Notes under the pieces: generated by a model
What the model was told of the DNA's origin: nothing
Databases searched by the model: none
The model's input: the letters and a program-made list of their open reading frames with translations, nothing else
Assembly: GCA_018242405.1 (NCBI GenBank)
Contig: JAFEBZ010000217.1
Location: forward strand, 515-64,514
Length of the DNA stretch: 64,000 nt
Source of the DNA: Pseudomonadota bacterium
GTDB lineage: Bacteria; Pseudomonadota; Gammaproteobacteria; Xanthomonadales; Xanthomonadaceae
Direction: 5' to 3'
Program-made: the position numbers and the translations under genes
Shown here: positions 48,676 to 58,530 of the stretch, piece by piece
Layout of the letters: each line of letters starts with the position of its first letter
How positions within the stretch are numbered: the stretch's first letter is position 1

Positions 48676-49878
48676 ATGAAGCTCTTGCGTTCCCTGCTCG
48701 TCACCACCCTCCTTGCCGCATTGCCAACGCTTGCTTTGGCGCAAGCCACGCCCGCCGCACGCAAGCTGGCGCACGACGCCATCATCGTCGACACCCACAT
48801 CGACGCCCCGGAAATGATCGAGGAAAACGGTTGGCGCGATCTCGGCCAGCGCACCGATCGCGAATTCGATTGGCCGAAGGCGCAGCAAGGCGGACTCAAG
48901 GTCGCCTTCATGTCGATCTACACGTCGCCCAAGCAGGACGCCGACGACACGGCCTATCAGGTCGCCAACACGATGATCGATTCGATCGAGGCGCTGGTGC
49001 AGCGCCACCCGGACAAGTTCGCACTGCTGCGTTCACCACGCGATGTCACTCGTCGCAAGCCCGGCGTCGTGCTGCTGCCGTTCGGCATGGAGAACGGCGC
49101 GCCGATAGGCAGCGATATTCGCCGCCTTCAATTCTTCTACAACCGCGGCGTGCGCTACATCACCCTCGCCCACAGCGCCGCCAATCGCATCGCCGATTCC
49201 TCCTATGGCGTCGAACGCAAATGGCATGGCCTGAGTCCGTTCGGACGCGACGTGGTCAAGGAGATGAACCGCCTCGGCATCATGGTCGATGTCTCGCACC
49301 TGTCCGACGAATCGGCGCTGGAAGCGATCAGGCTAAGCCGCGTGCCGGTGATCGCCAGCCATTCCGGCATGCGCCATTTCACGCCCGGATTCGAGCGCAA
49401 CGCCAGCGACGAAATCGCGAAAGCCATCGCCGCGAAGGGCGGCGTGGTGCAACTCACCTTCGGCACCGGTTTCGTCAATCCCAGGGCCGCCGCCGACATG
49501 CAGGCCAGCTTCCGCGCACGCGAGGACCTGCGCCAGCGCAATCTCGCCGCCAAGGCCGCCGGCAAACCGATCGAGGACGAAGCCGAATTCGCCGCGCGCT
49601 GGGATCGCGAACATCCGACACCGAAGACCGATATTTCCGCAGTGGTCGACCAGGTCGTCTATGCGGTGAAATTGATCGGCGCCGATCACGTCGGCATCGG
49701 TTCCGATTTCGACGGCGTCGATGGCGCGTTGCCGACGCAGCTGCAAAGCGTCGCCGATTATCCGAACCTGGTCGCGGCCTTGCAGGCGCACGGGCTCAAG
49801 GATGGCGACATCCGCAAGATCCTCGGTGGCAACCTGCTGCGCGTGTGGACGGCGGTGGAGAACGGCGCCAGGCGCTGA
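48676..49878 (+). CDS. Exported M19 (renal/membrane-type) dipeptidase
   Basis: DTHID, GMENG, VDVSHLS, IASHS, HVGIGSDFDG, GGNLLRV; signal peptide. Confidence 0.9.
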   Translation: MKLLRSLLVTTLLAALPTLALAQATPAARKLAHDAIIVDTHIDAPEMIEENGWRDLGQRTDREFDWPKAQQGGLKVAFMSIYTSPKQDADDTAYQVANTMIDSIEALVQRHPDKFALLRSPRDVTRRKPGVVLLPFGMENGAPIGSDIRRLQFFYNRGVRYITLAHSAANRIADSSYGVERKWHGLSPFGRDVVKEMNRLGIMVDVSHLSDESALEAIRLSRVPVIASHSGMRHFTPGFERNASDEIAKAIAAKGGVVQLTFGTGFVNPRAAADMQASFRAREDLRQRNLAAKAAGKPIEDEAEFAARWDREHPTPKTDISAVVDQVVYAVKLIGADHVGIGSDFDGVDGALPTQLQSVADYPNLVAALQAHGLKDGDIRKILGGNLLRVWTAVENGARR

Positions 49879-49883
49879 TCCGC

Positions 49884-49915
49884 AAAAAACGAAGCCCCGC
49901 ATCGCGGGGCTTCGT
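49884..49915. terminator. Rho-independent terminator (stronger U-tract on the minus strand, for thx)
   Basis: AAAAAACGAAGCCCCGC-atc-GCGGGGCTTCGT. Confidence 0.85.
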
Positions 49916-49936
49916 ATCTGCAGCATGTCGCCGGAA

Positions 49937-50107
49937 TCAGGCCGACTTGGCTGCCTTCTTCGCAACCACCTTCTTGGCGGCGGCCTTCTTGGCCACCGGC
50001 GCGGCGGTGGTGCCGGCGGTCTTGGTCACGGCCTTGGCGCTGCGGGCATTGCCGTAGCTGCTGCTGTAACGCTTGCCCTTGGCGGTCTTGCGGTCGCCCT
50101 TGCCCAT
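49937..50107 (-). CDS. thx: 30S ribosomal protein THX (bS31) with Lys/Ala-rich tail, 56 aa
   Basis: Hand translation MGKGDRKTAKGKRYSSSYGNARSAKAVTKTAGTTAAPVAKKAAAKKVVAKKAAKSA; GGGAG SD; below the ORF-track length cutoff. Confidence 0.88.
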   Translation of the reverse strand: MGKGDRKTAKGKRYSSSYGNARSAKAVTKTAGTTAAPVAKKAAAKKVVAKKAAKSA

Positions 50108-50179
50108 CGTGTTTCTCCCGTTCTGTGGTGCCCGGAGACTCGACGTGCCCGCGGCGTGTGTGTGGAATGACCCGCTATT

Positions 50180-50617
50180 TTAGCGCGCTTCGGCCGCGCA
50201 GCACAGACCATCGGCGTGGCGGCGGCTGGCGCGCAGGTTGGCGATATGGGCGGACGCGACCAGCAGGCCACCCGTTCCCATCGCCAGGACATGCCAGGTC
50301 AGCTCGTGATGCAGCTTGGGAACGAGGATTCCGGCCCAGAGAACGGCGATGCCGAGCACCATGGTCGCCGGAATATGGTGTTGCTGGTGGCGGCGCCAGG
50401 CGGTGAGCACGCTCAGCAGCCCCATCACCGAGACGAACAGGACGAATCCGACCTCGACCCGGGTACCGAACCACGCTGCCGCGCCCAATGTGGGGATCAG
50501 CGCCAGAACCAGCGGCGCCGCCAGGCAGTGGATGGCGCACAGGAACGAGCCGGTCGCACCGATACGGTCGATCCAGCCCCCGGCATGTCCGTGGTTTTCA
50601 GCTGCGGCGTGACCCAT
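50180..50617 (-). CDS. MerC-domain membrane protein
   Basis: DRIGATGSFLCAIHCL..P motif, RRH, LVASAH..N; several His and a C-terminal CC. Confidence 0.85.
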   Translation of the reverse strand: MGHAAAENHGHAGGWIDRIGATGSFLCAIHCLAAPLVLALIPTLGAAAWFGTRVEVGFVLFVSVMGLLSVLTAWRRHQQHHIPATMVLGIAVLWAGILVPKLHHELTWHVLAMGTGGLLVASAHIANLRASRRHADGLCCAAEAR

Positions 50618-50639
50618 GAATGAAATTATATAACATTTC
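50617..50639 (-). promoter_or_regulatory. Zur-box-like operator overlapping a TATAAT -10
   Basis: GAAATGTTATA-T-AATTTCATTCA versus the gammaproteobacterial Zur consensus GAAATGTTATA-N-TATAACATTTC (one perfect 11-nt half-site). Confidence 0.72.
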
Positions 50640-50641
50640 AA

Positions 50642-51139
50642 TCAGGCCATCTTGCTGCAGGCCGCGCACAGGCCATGCACTTCCAGCGTCTGCGCCTGCG
50701 GGCTGAATCCCAGTTCCCGGGCCTTGCTGTCGAGCAGTTCGACGATGGCCTGGTCTTCCAGTTCGACCGCGCTGTGGCAGCGGCTGCAGATCAGGAAGGG
50801 CACCGAATGCTGCACCGAATTGGGGTGGTGGCAGGCGACGAAAGCGTTCACCGACTCCAGCTTGTGGATGAAGCCGTTGGCGAGCAGGAAATCGAGCGCC
50901 CGGTAGATGGTCGGCGGCGCGGCGGCGCCGGGACCCTCGCCATCACGGACCTTGTCGAGCAGGTCGTAAGCCTTGATCGGCTGGCCGGCATCGGCGATCA
51001 GCGCCAGCACATGCTCGCGAATCGGCGTCAACCGTAGCCCGCGCTGGCTGCATGCGTGCTGCACGGCAGCGATGAAACTGCCGGCATCATCGACGTGATG
51101 CACGGGATCGGTGCAGTCGTGGTGATCGTGGCGGCCCAT
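50642..51139 (-). CDS. zur: Fur family regulator, probably zinc uptake regulator
   Basis: GLRLTPIR, KAYDLL, PPTIYRALDFL..GFIHKLES, FLICSRC, EVHGLCAAC; His-rich N-terminus. Confidence 0.85.
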   Translation of the reverse strand: MGRHDHHDCTDPVHHVDDAGSFIAAVQHACSQRGLRLTPIREHVLALIADAGQPIKAYDLLDKVRDGEGPGAAAPPTIYRALDFLLANGFIHKLESVNAFVACHHPNSVQHSVPFLICSRCHSAVELEDQAIVELLDSKARELGFSPQAQTLEVHGLCAACSKMA

Positions 51140-51185
51140 GGGCAGATGATGGGGCCGCGATCGGCCCGACTCAAGCCTGCCTGAA

Positions 51186-52589
51186 TCAACCTTGGGCGAT
51201 CTTGCCCAACGCGGCGTCGATCCGGGCCAGCGCTTCAGCCTGGCCGCACAGATACACGGTATGACTGATGTCCGGGCTGACCTGGGTACCGGTGACCGCA
51301 ACGCGCAGCGGCTGCGCGACCTTGCCCATGCCGACGCCGCAGGCTTCGGCGACCTGGTGCAACGCTTCACCCACGGAGGCTGCGCTCCATTCGGCGAGCG
51401 CGGCAAGACGGCGACGGGCTTCTTCCAGCGCAGGACGCGCTTCCGGCTTGAGGTGCTTGGCGACCGCTGCATCGTCGTAGTGTTCCAGCGGCCCGAACCA
51501 CGCTGCCGATTTCTCCGCCATTTCCTTCAGCGTCTGCACGCGTTCGCGCAACGCGACCACGATGTCGGCCGGTTTCGGTCCTTTCGCGAGGTCGTAACCC
51601 GCCTGCTGCAAGTGCCACACGAGGTGTTTCGCAACGGCTTCGGGATCGTCGCTCTTCAGGTATTGCTGGTTGAGCCAGCCGAGCTTGGCCATGTCGAGCC
51701 GCGCGGCCTTGGCATTGACGTCCTTCAACTCGAACAACGCGATCAGTTCGGCGATCGAGAAGATCTCCTGGTCGCCATGCGACCAACCGAGGCGCGCGAG
51801 ATAGTTGAGCAGTGCGTGCGGGAGGTAGCCGGCATCGCGGTACTGCATCACGTCGGCGGCACCGGTGCGTTTGCTGAGCTTGGCGCCCTGCTCGTCGAGG
51901 ATCATCGGCAGGTGGGCAAAACGCGGCGGCTCGGTGCCCAGCGCGCGATAGATGTTGATCTGGCGTGGCGTGTTGTTGACGTGGTCGTCGCCGCGCACCA
52001 CGTCGGTGATGCCCATGTCGAGATCGTCAACCACCACCGCGAAGTTGTAGGTCGGATAACCGTCGCTGCGGAAAATCACCAGATCATCCAGTTCGGTGTT
52101 TTGCCACTCGATGCGACCCTTGACCAGGTCGTCGAACACCACGCTGCCTTCGCGCGGATTGCGGAAGCGGATCACGCGATTGGGATCGTCACGAAATTCC
52201 GCCTTTTCGTCGCGATAACGACCGCTGTAGCGCGGCTTTTCGCCGGCGGCCATCGCCGCTTCGCGCATCGCTTCGAGTTCTTCCTTGGTTTCGTAGGCGT
52301 AATAGGCAGTGCCGGCGGCAACCATTTGCTCGGCCACTTCGCGATAACGCGCGAGGCGATCGGTCTGGTAGATCGGGCCTTCGTCGTAACCCAGCCCGAG
52401 CCACTCCATCGCCTCGAGGATGGCGTCGATCGCTGCCTGGGTGCTGCGCTCGCGATCGGTGTCCTCGATGCGCAGGACGAACTGGCCGTCGGAATGGCGC
52501 GAAGCCAGCCAGCAATACAGCGCGGTGCGCGCGCCGCCAATGTGGAGGTAGCCGGTGGGACTGGGAGCGAAACGGGTGCGGACGGTCAT
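51186..52589 (-). CDS. gltX: Glutamate--tRNA ligase
   Basis: [14 protein letters not shown] (HIGH), [17 protein letters not shown]. Confidence 0.97.
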   Translation of the reverse strand: MTVRTRFAPSPTGYLHIGGARTALYCWLASRHSDGQFVLRIEDTDRERSTQAAIDAILEAMEWLGLGYDEGPIYQTDRLARYREVAEQMVAAGTAYYAYETKEELEAMREAAMAAGEKPRYSGRYRDEKAEFRDDPNRVIRFRNPREGSVVFDDLVKGRIEWQNTELDDLVIFRSDGYPTYNFAVVVDDLDMGITDVVRGDDHVNNTPRQINIYRALGTEPPRFAHLPMILDEQGAKLSKRTGAADVMQYRDAGYLPHALLNYLARLGWSHGDQEIFSIAELIALFELKDVNAKAARLDMAKLGWLNQQYLKSDDPEAVAKHLVWHLQQAGYDLAKGPKPADIVVALRERVQTLKEMAEKSAAWFGPLEHYDDAAVAKHLKPEARPALEEARRRLAALAEWSAASVGEALHQVAEACGVGMGKVAQPLRVAVTGTQVSPDISHTVYLCGQAEALARIDAALGKIAQG

Positions 52590-52625
52590 GAATAGTTGCG
52601 ACTTGCCATCGATAGTCCGCGTATT

Positions 52626-52976
52626 TTAGCGCGGCGCACCCAGCCCCTGCCCTTGCTGATCCTCGATTTCGGCCAGCCCCCAGACCAACCCCAGCAACGA
52701 CATCGCCGCCACGACCAGCAGGAGGATGATGGCCGCAGACGACATGTCGTGATGCAGCCAGTCGCGCCAGCCTGCACGCAACACGGACGCCGGGCCCAGG
52801 GCCAGCCAACCCGCGACCACGCCCGAACAGATGCCCGCTACCAATATCCATGATCGCGCGCGTCGGCGACGGGGAAGCGCCTGCATGACACGATCGCTGA
52901 AACCGCCATCCATGACCGGCCCGTCGAAGGCATCGCGCAACAGTGAGTCGAGTGCATCGTCGTTGTCGTGATTCAT
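52626..52976 (-). CDS. Putative anti-sigma membrane protein
   Basis: LDSLLR..DGGFSDRVMQALP then two TM segments; ATGA overlap with the ECF gene. Confidence 0.7.
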   Translation of the reverse strand: MNHDNDDALDSLLRDAFDGPVMDGGFSDRVMQALPRRRRARSWILVAGICSGVVAGWLALGPASVLRAGWRDWLHHDMSSAAIILLLVVAAMSLLGLVWGLAEIEDQQGQGLGAPR

Positions 52977-53560
52977 GGTGTTTCTCCCGGATGGTTGGTC
53001 GCTTGCCACTCTGCCATGTGCTGCCTGAGTTTCGATTTTCCGCGCAAGGCGTGGGTTTTCACCGTACCCAGCGGCATTTCCAGTACGTAGGCGGCTTCCT
53101 CGTGGCTCAGCCCCAACTGGACACAATGCAAAAGCACAGCTTGCTCGGCATCGGAAAGATGACGCATCGCACGGGCAAGGTCGAGTTGCAGATCGACGGT
53201 TTCCGTTGGCGCGTGCAATTCATCCACGGCGTCTTCCTTCACTCGGCTCCCGATCCACGAAGTCCGACGACGCGCCTGCAGGAAACAGCTGTAGGCGATG
53301 CGATAGAGCCAGGTCGAGAACTGCGCATCACCGCGGAATTGACCCAGCTTCTTCCATGCCAACAGGAACGTTTCCTGCGCCAGGTCATCAGCCATCGCTG
53401 CGTCGCCATGCAGCAATCGCCGCAACTGCGCACGCACCATGCCCTGATGGCGACGCACCAACTGCTCGAAGGCGCGCTGGTCGTTGCCCAACAAGACCCT
53501 GGCAATCAGGGCCTTGTCGATGCCCGACCCGGTGTCGCGATCAGCCACGGGTCTCGTCAC
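52973..53560 (-). CDS. ECF RNA polymerase sigma factor
   Basis: AFEQLVRRH, ADDLAQETF, FSTWLYRIA, LGTVKTH..RG. Confidence 0.9.
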   Translation of the reverse strand: MTRPVADRDTGSGIDKALIARVLLGNDQRAFEQLVRRHQGMVRAQLRRLLHGDAAMADDLAQETFLLAWKKLGQFRGDAQFSTWLYRIAYSCFLQARRRTSWIGSRVKEDAVDELHAPTETVDLQLDLARAMRHLSDAEQAVLLHCVQLGLSHEEAAYVLEMPLGTVKTHALRGKSKLRQHMAEWQATNHPGETP

Positions 53561-53912
53561 GGCGGTTCAACCACCAGCTGGCGAGATAGCCCAGCCCCGT
53601 CATCAGTGGCAACAGACCGAGGCCCCACAGGCTGCGCAGACTGTGGCCATCGGCCAGTTCGCCGGGCAGGACGGACAGCATCAGCATCAAGCCGAGACCG
53701 CTGCTGATGAGCACGAGGGCGCGGCGGCGTTCGGAATAGTCGATGCCGGGCTCGACCAGGAGTTGCGTCGGCAGCTCCACGCCCTTGTCGGCGAGTGCGA
53801 GCAATGCGCGATAGCGTTCCTGTGTTTGCCGGTGGCGATAACGCAGGACGATCAGGACGATCAGCACGGGGGCCGACATCACGACCAGGGGAATCAGGAT
53901 GAACAGATTCAT
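53541..53912 (-). CDS. Small membrane protein (DUF6249-like)
   Basis: TM-basic-DKGVELP-TM-TM pattern; overlaps both neighbours. Confidence 0.7.
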   Translation of the reverse strand: MNLFILIPLVVMSAPVLIVLIVLRYRHRQTQERYRALLALADKGVELPTQLLVEPGIDYSERRRALVLISSGLGLMLMLSVLPGELADGHSLRSLWGLGLLPLMTGLGYLASWWLNRRDETRG

Positions 53913-55420
53913 TGTTTTTCTCCTTCGGTTGCAAGCAAATCGGCGATGCGTTCGGCGAAGAACCAGGACTGCCCCGGTCCTTCATTGCTGGTCAAGGCAA
54001 CGGTCGCCCCGGTTTCCCAGACGATCGCCAGATTGGTATCCGTGCCCTCGATTCCCCCTGCGTGACCGCGAATGTGGCGACCGTGCGAGAGGCGATCGCC
54101 AAATCCTGCGGCATAGCCACCGGGACCTGCGGGCACCTCATCGTCGAACATTTTCGCGAGGGTTGCGGGTTTGACCAGCTTGCCCGCACGCAATGCCGCG
54201 GAAAACCGCAGCAGGTCGGCATTGGTGGAATAACCGCCGCCTGCCGGACCACCGCAGTAGAGGGTCTTGAACCAGTCCGCCTTCCAGGCATCGGAGAACG
54301 GGCCTTCACGGTAATAACCGACGGCGAGTTTTGGCACGACATCGTCCAGGCTGTCGAAACCGCTGGCATCCATGCCCGCCGGCGCGAACACATGGCGTTG
54401 CATGTAGTCGGAATAATTCTCGCCGGAAACATTCTCGATGATGCGGCCGAGCAGCATGTAACCCGCGTTGCTGTAGCTCCATTGCTTGCCGGGTTCGCTC
54501 ACTTTTGGTTGCCGGGCGATCAGGCCCAGATAATCTTCCGGATCGACGAATTTCTCCCGGTGCTCGAAGAGTTCGGGAACAAGGAAATCGCCCAGCCCCG
54601 CGGTGTGATGCAGGAGTTGCCACACGGTGATTTTCTTCGCCGTGACCTGGTCGGGATATTCCGGAACCCGCAGCGCCAGCGTATCGTTCCACGACAATTT
54701 CCCGGCTTCCACCAATTGCGCGATGGCGACAGCGGTGAACATCTTGTCCATCGAGCCGATGTGGAATTTCGTCTGGTGATCCACCGGGACGTTGAAGCGG
54801 CGTTCGGCAAGGCCGCGGCATTCGTCGAAGATCGTTGTTGCGCCGTCCGAAACCGTCACGCAGCCGGAGAAATCATTCGTGCGCACGAGCTGGTCGAGCG
54901 TGGCGCGGATCAATTTCGTCAATGCCTCATGCGTTGGCGCATCCTTGGGCCAGTGCGCATAGAGGCTGGGATCATCCATGGCCACGAGATCGGCCTGCGC
55001 GAGACGGTCGGGATGCGCCACATCGGCGGTCAGCACGAGCAGACCCTGACGACCATTGCTCCGTGCCTTGACCGCCACCTGAAGCATGCCCGGGTGGCGT
55101 GGATCGGAACGTACGTCGATCACGTCCAGGCCACCGCTGTCGCGCGCCGATGACGCCAGCAATGCGACGAATGCTTCGCGATCGCCGGGAGGAATTTCTG
55201 CTGAAAGTATCGTCGGCGCCCATTTGCGAATCCCGGCTGCACTGTCGCTGTTGACGTGATGGATCAGTTGGCCGCCAAGCCGGCCGGCCGGCGTGTCCGG
55301 CAGCGCCGCGCTCCCGGCGAATGCCATCGCGGGGATGGCGGACAGAAGCAGGGCTCTGGCAAGCGCCCGCAAGACGATCGACTTCCGGCCCGCAGTCGCG
55401 GTTGGGTCGGCATCAAACAT
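53909..55420 (-). CDS. Exported serine hydrolase (beta-lactamase family)
   Basis: GSMDK (SxxK), LLHHTAG, YSN, HAGG; signal peptide. Confidence 0.85.
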   Translation of the reverse strand: MFDADPTATAGRKSIVLRALARALLLSAIPAMAFAGSAALPDTPAGRLGGQLIHHVNSDSAAGIRKWAPTILSAEIPPGDREAFVALLASSARDSGGLDVIDVRSDPRHPGMLQVAVKARSNGRQGLLVLTADVAHPDRLAQADLVAMDDPSLYAHWPKDAPTHEALTKLIRATLDQLVRTNDFSGCVTVSDGATTIFDECRGLAERRFNVPVDHQTKFHIGSMDKMFTAVAIAQLVEAGKLSWNDTLALRVPEYPDQVTAKKITVWQLLHHTAGLGDFLVPELFEHREKFVDPEDYLGLIARQPKVSEPGKQWSYSNAGYMLLGRIIENVSGENYSDYMQRHVFAPAGMDASGFDSLDDVVPKLAVGYYREGPFSDAWKADWFKTLYCGGPAGGGYSTNADLLRFSAALRAGKLVKPATLAKMFDDEVPAGPGGYAAGFGDRLSHGRHIRGHAGGIEGTDTNLAIVWETGATVALTSNEGPGQSWFFAERIADLLATEGEKQ

Positions 55421-55503
55421 GGTTTTCCCCTTTTCGGATTGGCTTTGGGAACTTGGATGCGGCAACAAGCCGATTCGGATTCAAGGAGGCATAAAATCCC
55501 CCC

Positions 55504-56238
55504 ATGACGACGTTGTTCATTTCCGATCTCCACCTCGATCCCGAACGCCCCGGCATCACCACGCTGTTCGGCGAATTCATCGATGGCGAGGCCCGCGGCG
55601 CCGATGCGCTCTATATCCTCGGCGACCTCTTCGAGGCCTGGGTCGGCGACGACGACCCCTCGCCTGCCGGCGCCTTTGTCGCGAAGAAACTGCGCGAACT
55701 GCATGCAAGCGGCGTCCCGACATTCTTCATTCGCGGCAATCGCGATTTCCTCGTCGGCAACGACTACGCACGCCGCGCCGGCATGGCGATCCTGCCCGAT
55801 CCCGCGGTGATCGATCTGTACGGCGAACCGACGCTGGTCCTTCACGGCGACCTGCTGTGCACAGACGACCTTGCCTATCAACAATTCCGTGCCCAGACCC
55901 GCGATCCGCGCTGGCAGGCGCAATTCCTCGCGCAACCGCTGGAAGCGCGACTCGCCTTCGCGGCGCAGGCACGCGCGGCGAGCAAGGCGCGCTACGGCGA
56001 ACTGGTATCGAGCGGGATGGCGGAAACCATCGGTGACGTTTCGCCGACCAGCGTGCAGGAATGGCTCAAGCGCTTTGGGCTCCGCCGGATGATCCACGGC
56101 CATACCCATCGCCCGGCAATCCACGACGAAGAAGGCGGCAACAGCCGCATCGTTCTCGGCGACTGGTACGAACAGGGTTCGGTGCTGCGGGTCGACCGCG
56201 ACGGTGCCCGCCTCGACGCGCTGCCGCTGGCGAAGTAA
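55504..56238 (+). CDS. lpxH: UDP-2,3-diacylglucosamine diphosphatase
   Basis: [39 protein letters not shown]. Confidence 0.95.
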   Translation: MTTLFISDLHLDPERPGITTLFGEFIDGEARGADALYILGDLFEAWVGDDDPSPAGAFVAKKLRELHASGVPTFFIRGNRDFLVGNDYARRAGMAILPDPAVIDLYGEPTLVLHGDLLCTDDLAYQQFRAQTRDPRWQAQFLAQPLEARLAFAAQARAASKARYGELVSSGMAETIGDVSPTSVQEWLKRFGLRRMIHGHTHRPAIHDEEGGNSRIVLGDWYEQGSVLRVDRDGARLDALPLAK

Positions 56239-57042
56239 TCAATCCGCTGCCGCGAGCAGGCTTTCCAGTTCTTCCGCATCGAAGCCGGCCTGCGTTCGCG
56301 CCTCGATATTGAAGGGTTTGTGCAACACGCCGCTGGCGTACTCCTTCAGCAATTCGCGGAAGCGTGATCGTGGTTCGACGCCCGCACGTTCGCAATGCCA
56401 GCGATACCAGCGCGATCCCGCGGCAACGTGCGCGATTTCCTCGCGCAAGATGATTTCGAGGATGCCGGCCGTTTCATCGTCGCCGAGCGCGCGCAGCTTG
56501 ACGATCATCCCCGGTGTCACGTCAAGACCACGCGCCTCGAGCACGCGCGGCACCAGCGCCATCCGCGCAAGACCGTCGTGCGCGGTCTTCTCGGCCATTT
56601 CCCACAAGCCGTTATGGGCGTCAAAATCGCCGTAATCGTGAGCGAAGGCCTGCAGTCGTTCGCGCAGCATCAGGAAGTGGCGCGCTTCGTCATCGGCGAC
56701 CATCACCCAGTCGGCGTAATACTCCGCAGGCATTCCACGGAAACGATAAATCGCATCGCAGGCAAGATCGATCGCGTTGAATTCGATGTGAGCGACGGCG
56801 TGGATGAAGGCCGCGCGCCCTTCGTTCGAACCGAAACCGCGACGCGGCAGATCGCGTGGATGCACCAGTTTCGGCGTGGCCGGACGACCCGGCATCGCGA
56901 TTGCTTGCGGTGGTGCGGATGTTTCATCCGCCACCAGTTCGCCGCGATGAAACGCTGCCGCCAATGCGCGCGCAGCGGCCGGTTTGCCGACGATATCGTC
57001 GCAGTCGAGGACTGCCTTCGCCGCGGCGTGGAGATCGCCCAT
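56239..57042 (-). CDS. Ferritin-like domain protein (DUF455-like)
   Basis: HAVAHIEFNAIDLA, DEARH, LEARGLD, EEIAHV. Confidence 0.87.
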   Translation of the reverse strand: MGDLHAAAKAVLDCDDIVGKPAAARALAAAFHRGELVADETSAPPQAIAMPGRPATPKLVHPRDLPRRGFGSNEGRAAFIHAVAHIEFNAIDLACDAIYRFRGMPAEYYADWVMVADDEARHFLMLRERLQAFAHDYGDFDAHNGLWEMAEKTAHDGLARMALVPRVLEARGLDVTPGMIVKLRALGDDETAGILEIILREEIAHVAAGSRWYRWHCERAGVEPRSRFRELLKEYASGVLHKPFNIEARTQAGFDAEELESLLAAAD

Positions 57043-57052
57043 CGCGCGAGCG

Positions 57053-58519
57053 TCAGGCCCGACGCTTGGCCTTGGCCTCGTCGGAACGCTGCGCCTGCAA
57101 GGCTTCGAAATAGCCGTCAGCAACACCGGTGACGTATTCGCCGCTGAAGCACGAAGTATCGAAATGCATGCCGGCGTTCTTGGGGCCGGCGACTGCGGCC
57201 TCGAGGTCCTCGAGATCCTGGTAGACCAGCCAGTCGCAACCGATCAGCTCCTCGACCTCCTTCTCGCTGCGGCCATGCGCGATCAGTTCTTCCGGATTCG
57301 GCATGTCGATGCCATAGATGTTCGGATAGCGCACCGGCGGCGCGGCGGAGGCGAGATAGACCTTCTTGGCGCCGGCGTCGCGCGCCATCTGCACGATCTG
57401 CTGCGAAGTCGTGCCGCGCACGATCGAATCATCGACCAGCAACACCACGCGATCCTTGAATTCCAGCGGAATCGGGTTGAGCTTGCGACGCACCGACTTC
57501 TGGCGCTCTCCCTGCCCCGGCATGATGAAGGTGCGGCCGACGTAGCGGTTCTTGATGAAGCCTTCGCGATACTTCACGCCAAGCACGTGGGCGATTTCCA
57601 GCGCGGCATCGCGGCTGGTATCGGGAATCGGGATCACCACGTCGATGTCGTGGCCGGGTCGTTCGCGCAGGATCTTCTCGCCCAGCGACACGCCCATGCG
57701 CATGCGCGCCTTGTGCACCGAGATGTTGTCCATCATCGAGTCGGGGCGCGCGAAGTACACGTACTCGAACACGCACGGACGCGCCAGGACGTCCTTGGCG
57801 GTGATCTGCGCGTGGAGCTTGCCGTCCTGGGTGATCACCACCGTTTCGCCCGGCGCGACATCGCGCACACGCTCGAAACCGGCAAGATCGAGCGCGACAG
57901 ATTCCGAGGCCACCGCGTATTCGTCACCGGTCGGCGCCACCCGCTTGCCCAGCACCAGCGGACGGATCGCGTTGGGATCGCGGAAGGCGACCAGCCCGAG
58001 TTCCATCACCACGCAAACCACGGCGTAACCGCCCTTGACCCGCCGCATCACGCCTTCCACCGCGCGGAATGCCGACTCGGGCGAAATGCCATCCTGCGCA
58101 TCGAGTTCGTGCGCAAACACGTTGAGCAGCACTTCGGAGTCGGACGACGTATTGAGGCCGCGGCGATCCTGTTCGATCACTTCCTGGCGCAGCGCCTCGG
58201 TATTGATCAGGTTGCCGTTGTGCGCCAGCGCGATGCCGTAGGGCGCGTTGACATAGAACGGTTGTGCTTCGTCGCTGCCTTCGCTGCCTGCGGTGGGATA
58301 GCGGCAATGTGCGATCCCCATGCGACCGCGCAACCGCGACATCGAAGCGGCATCAAAGACATCGCTGACCAGGCCCTTGCCCTTGTCGACACGCAGCACG
58401 TTGCCGTTGCTGGTGGCGATGCCGGCTGCGTCCTGGCCGCGATGCTGCAGCACCGTGAGACCGTCATACAGTTGCGCCGCGACGTCCTGCGTCCCGACGA
58501 TCCCCATGATTCCACACAT
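57053..58519 (-). CDS. purF: Amidophosphoribosyltransferase
   Basis: MCGI N-terminal nucleophile, [21 protein letters not shown]. Confidence 0.97.
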   Translation of the reverse strand: MCGIMGIVGTQDVAAQLYDGLTVLQHRGQDAAGIATSNGNVLRVDKGKGLVSDVFDAASMSRLRGRMGIAHCRYPTAGSEGSDEAQPFYVNAPYGIALAHNGNLINTEALRQEVIEQDRRGLNTSSDSEVLLNVFAHELDAQDGISPESAFRAVEGVMRRVKGGYAVVCVVMELGLVAFRDPNAIRPLVLGKRVAPTGDEYAVASESVALDLAGFERVRDVAPGETVVITQDGKLHAQITAKDVLARPCVFEYVYFARPDSMMDNISVHKARMRMGVSLGEKILRERPGHDIDVVIPIPDTSRDAALEIAHVLGVKYREGFIKNRYVGRTFIMPGQGERQKSVRRKLNPIPLEFKDRVVLLVDDSIVRGTTSQQIVQMARDAGAKKVYLASAAPPVRYPNIYGIDMPNPEELIAHGRSEKEVEELIGCDWLVYQDLEDLEAAVAGPKNAGMHFDTSCFSGEYVTGVADGYFEALQAQRSDEAKAKRRA

Positions 58520-58530
58520 CTTCGTCTTCC

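Noticed and set aside
50180-50617. MerC-domain gene as a mercury-resistance locus
   Set aside because: No merA/R/T/P nearby; the context points to zinc.
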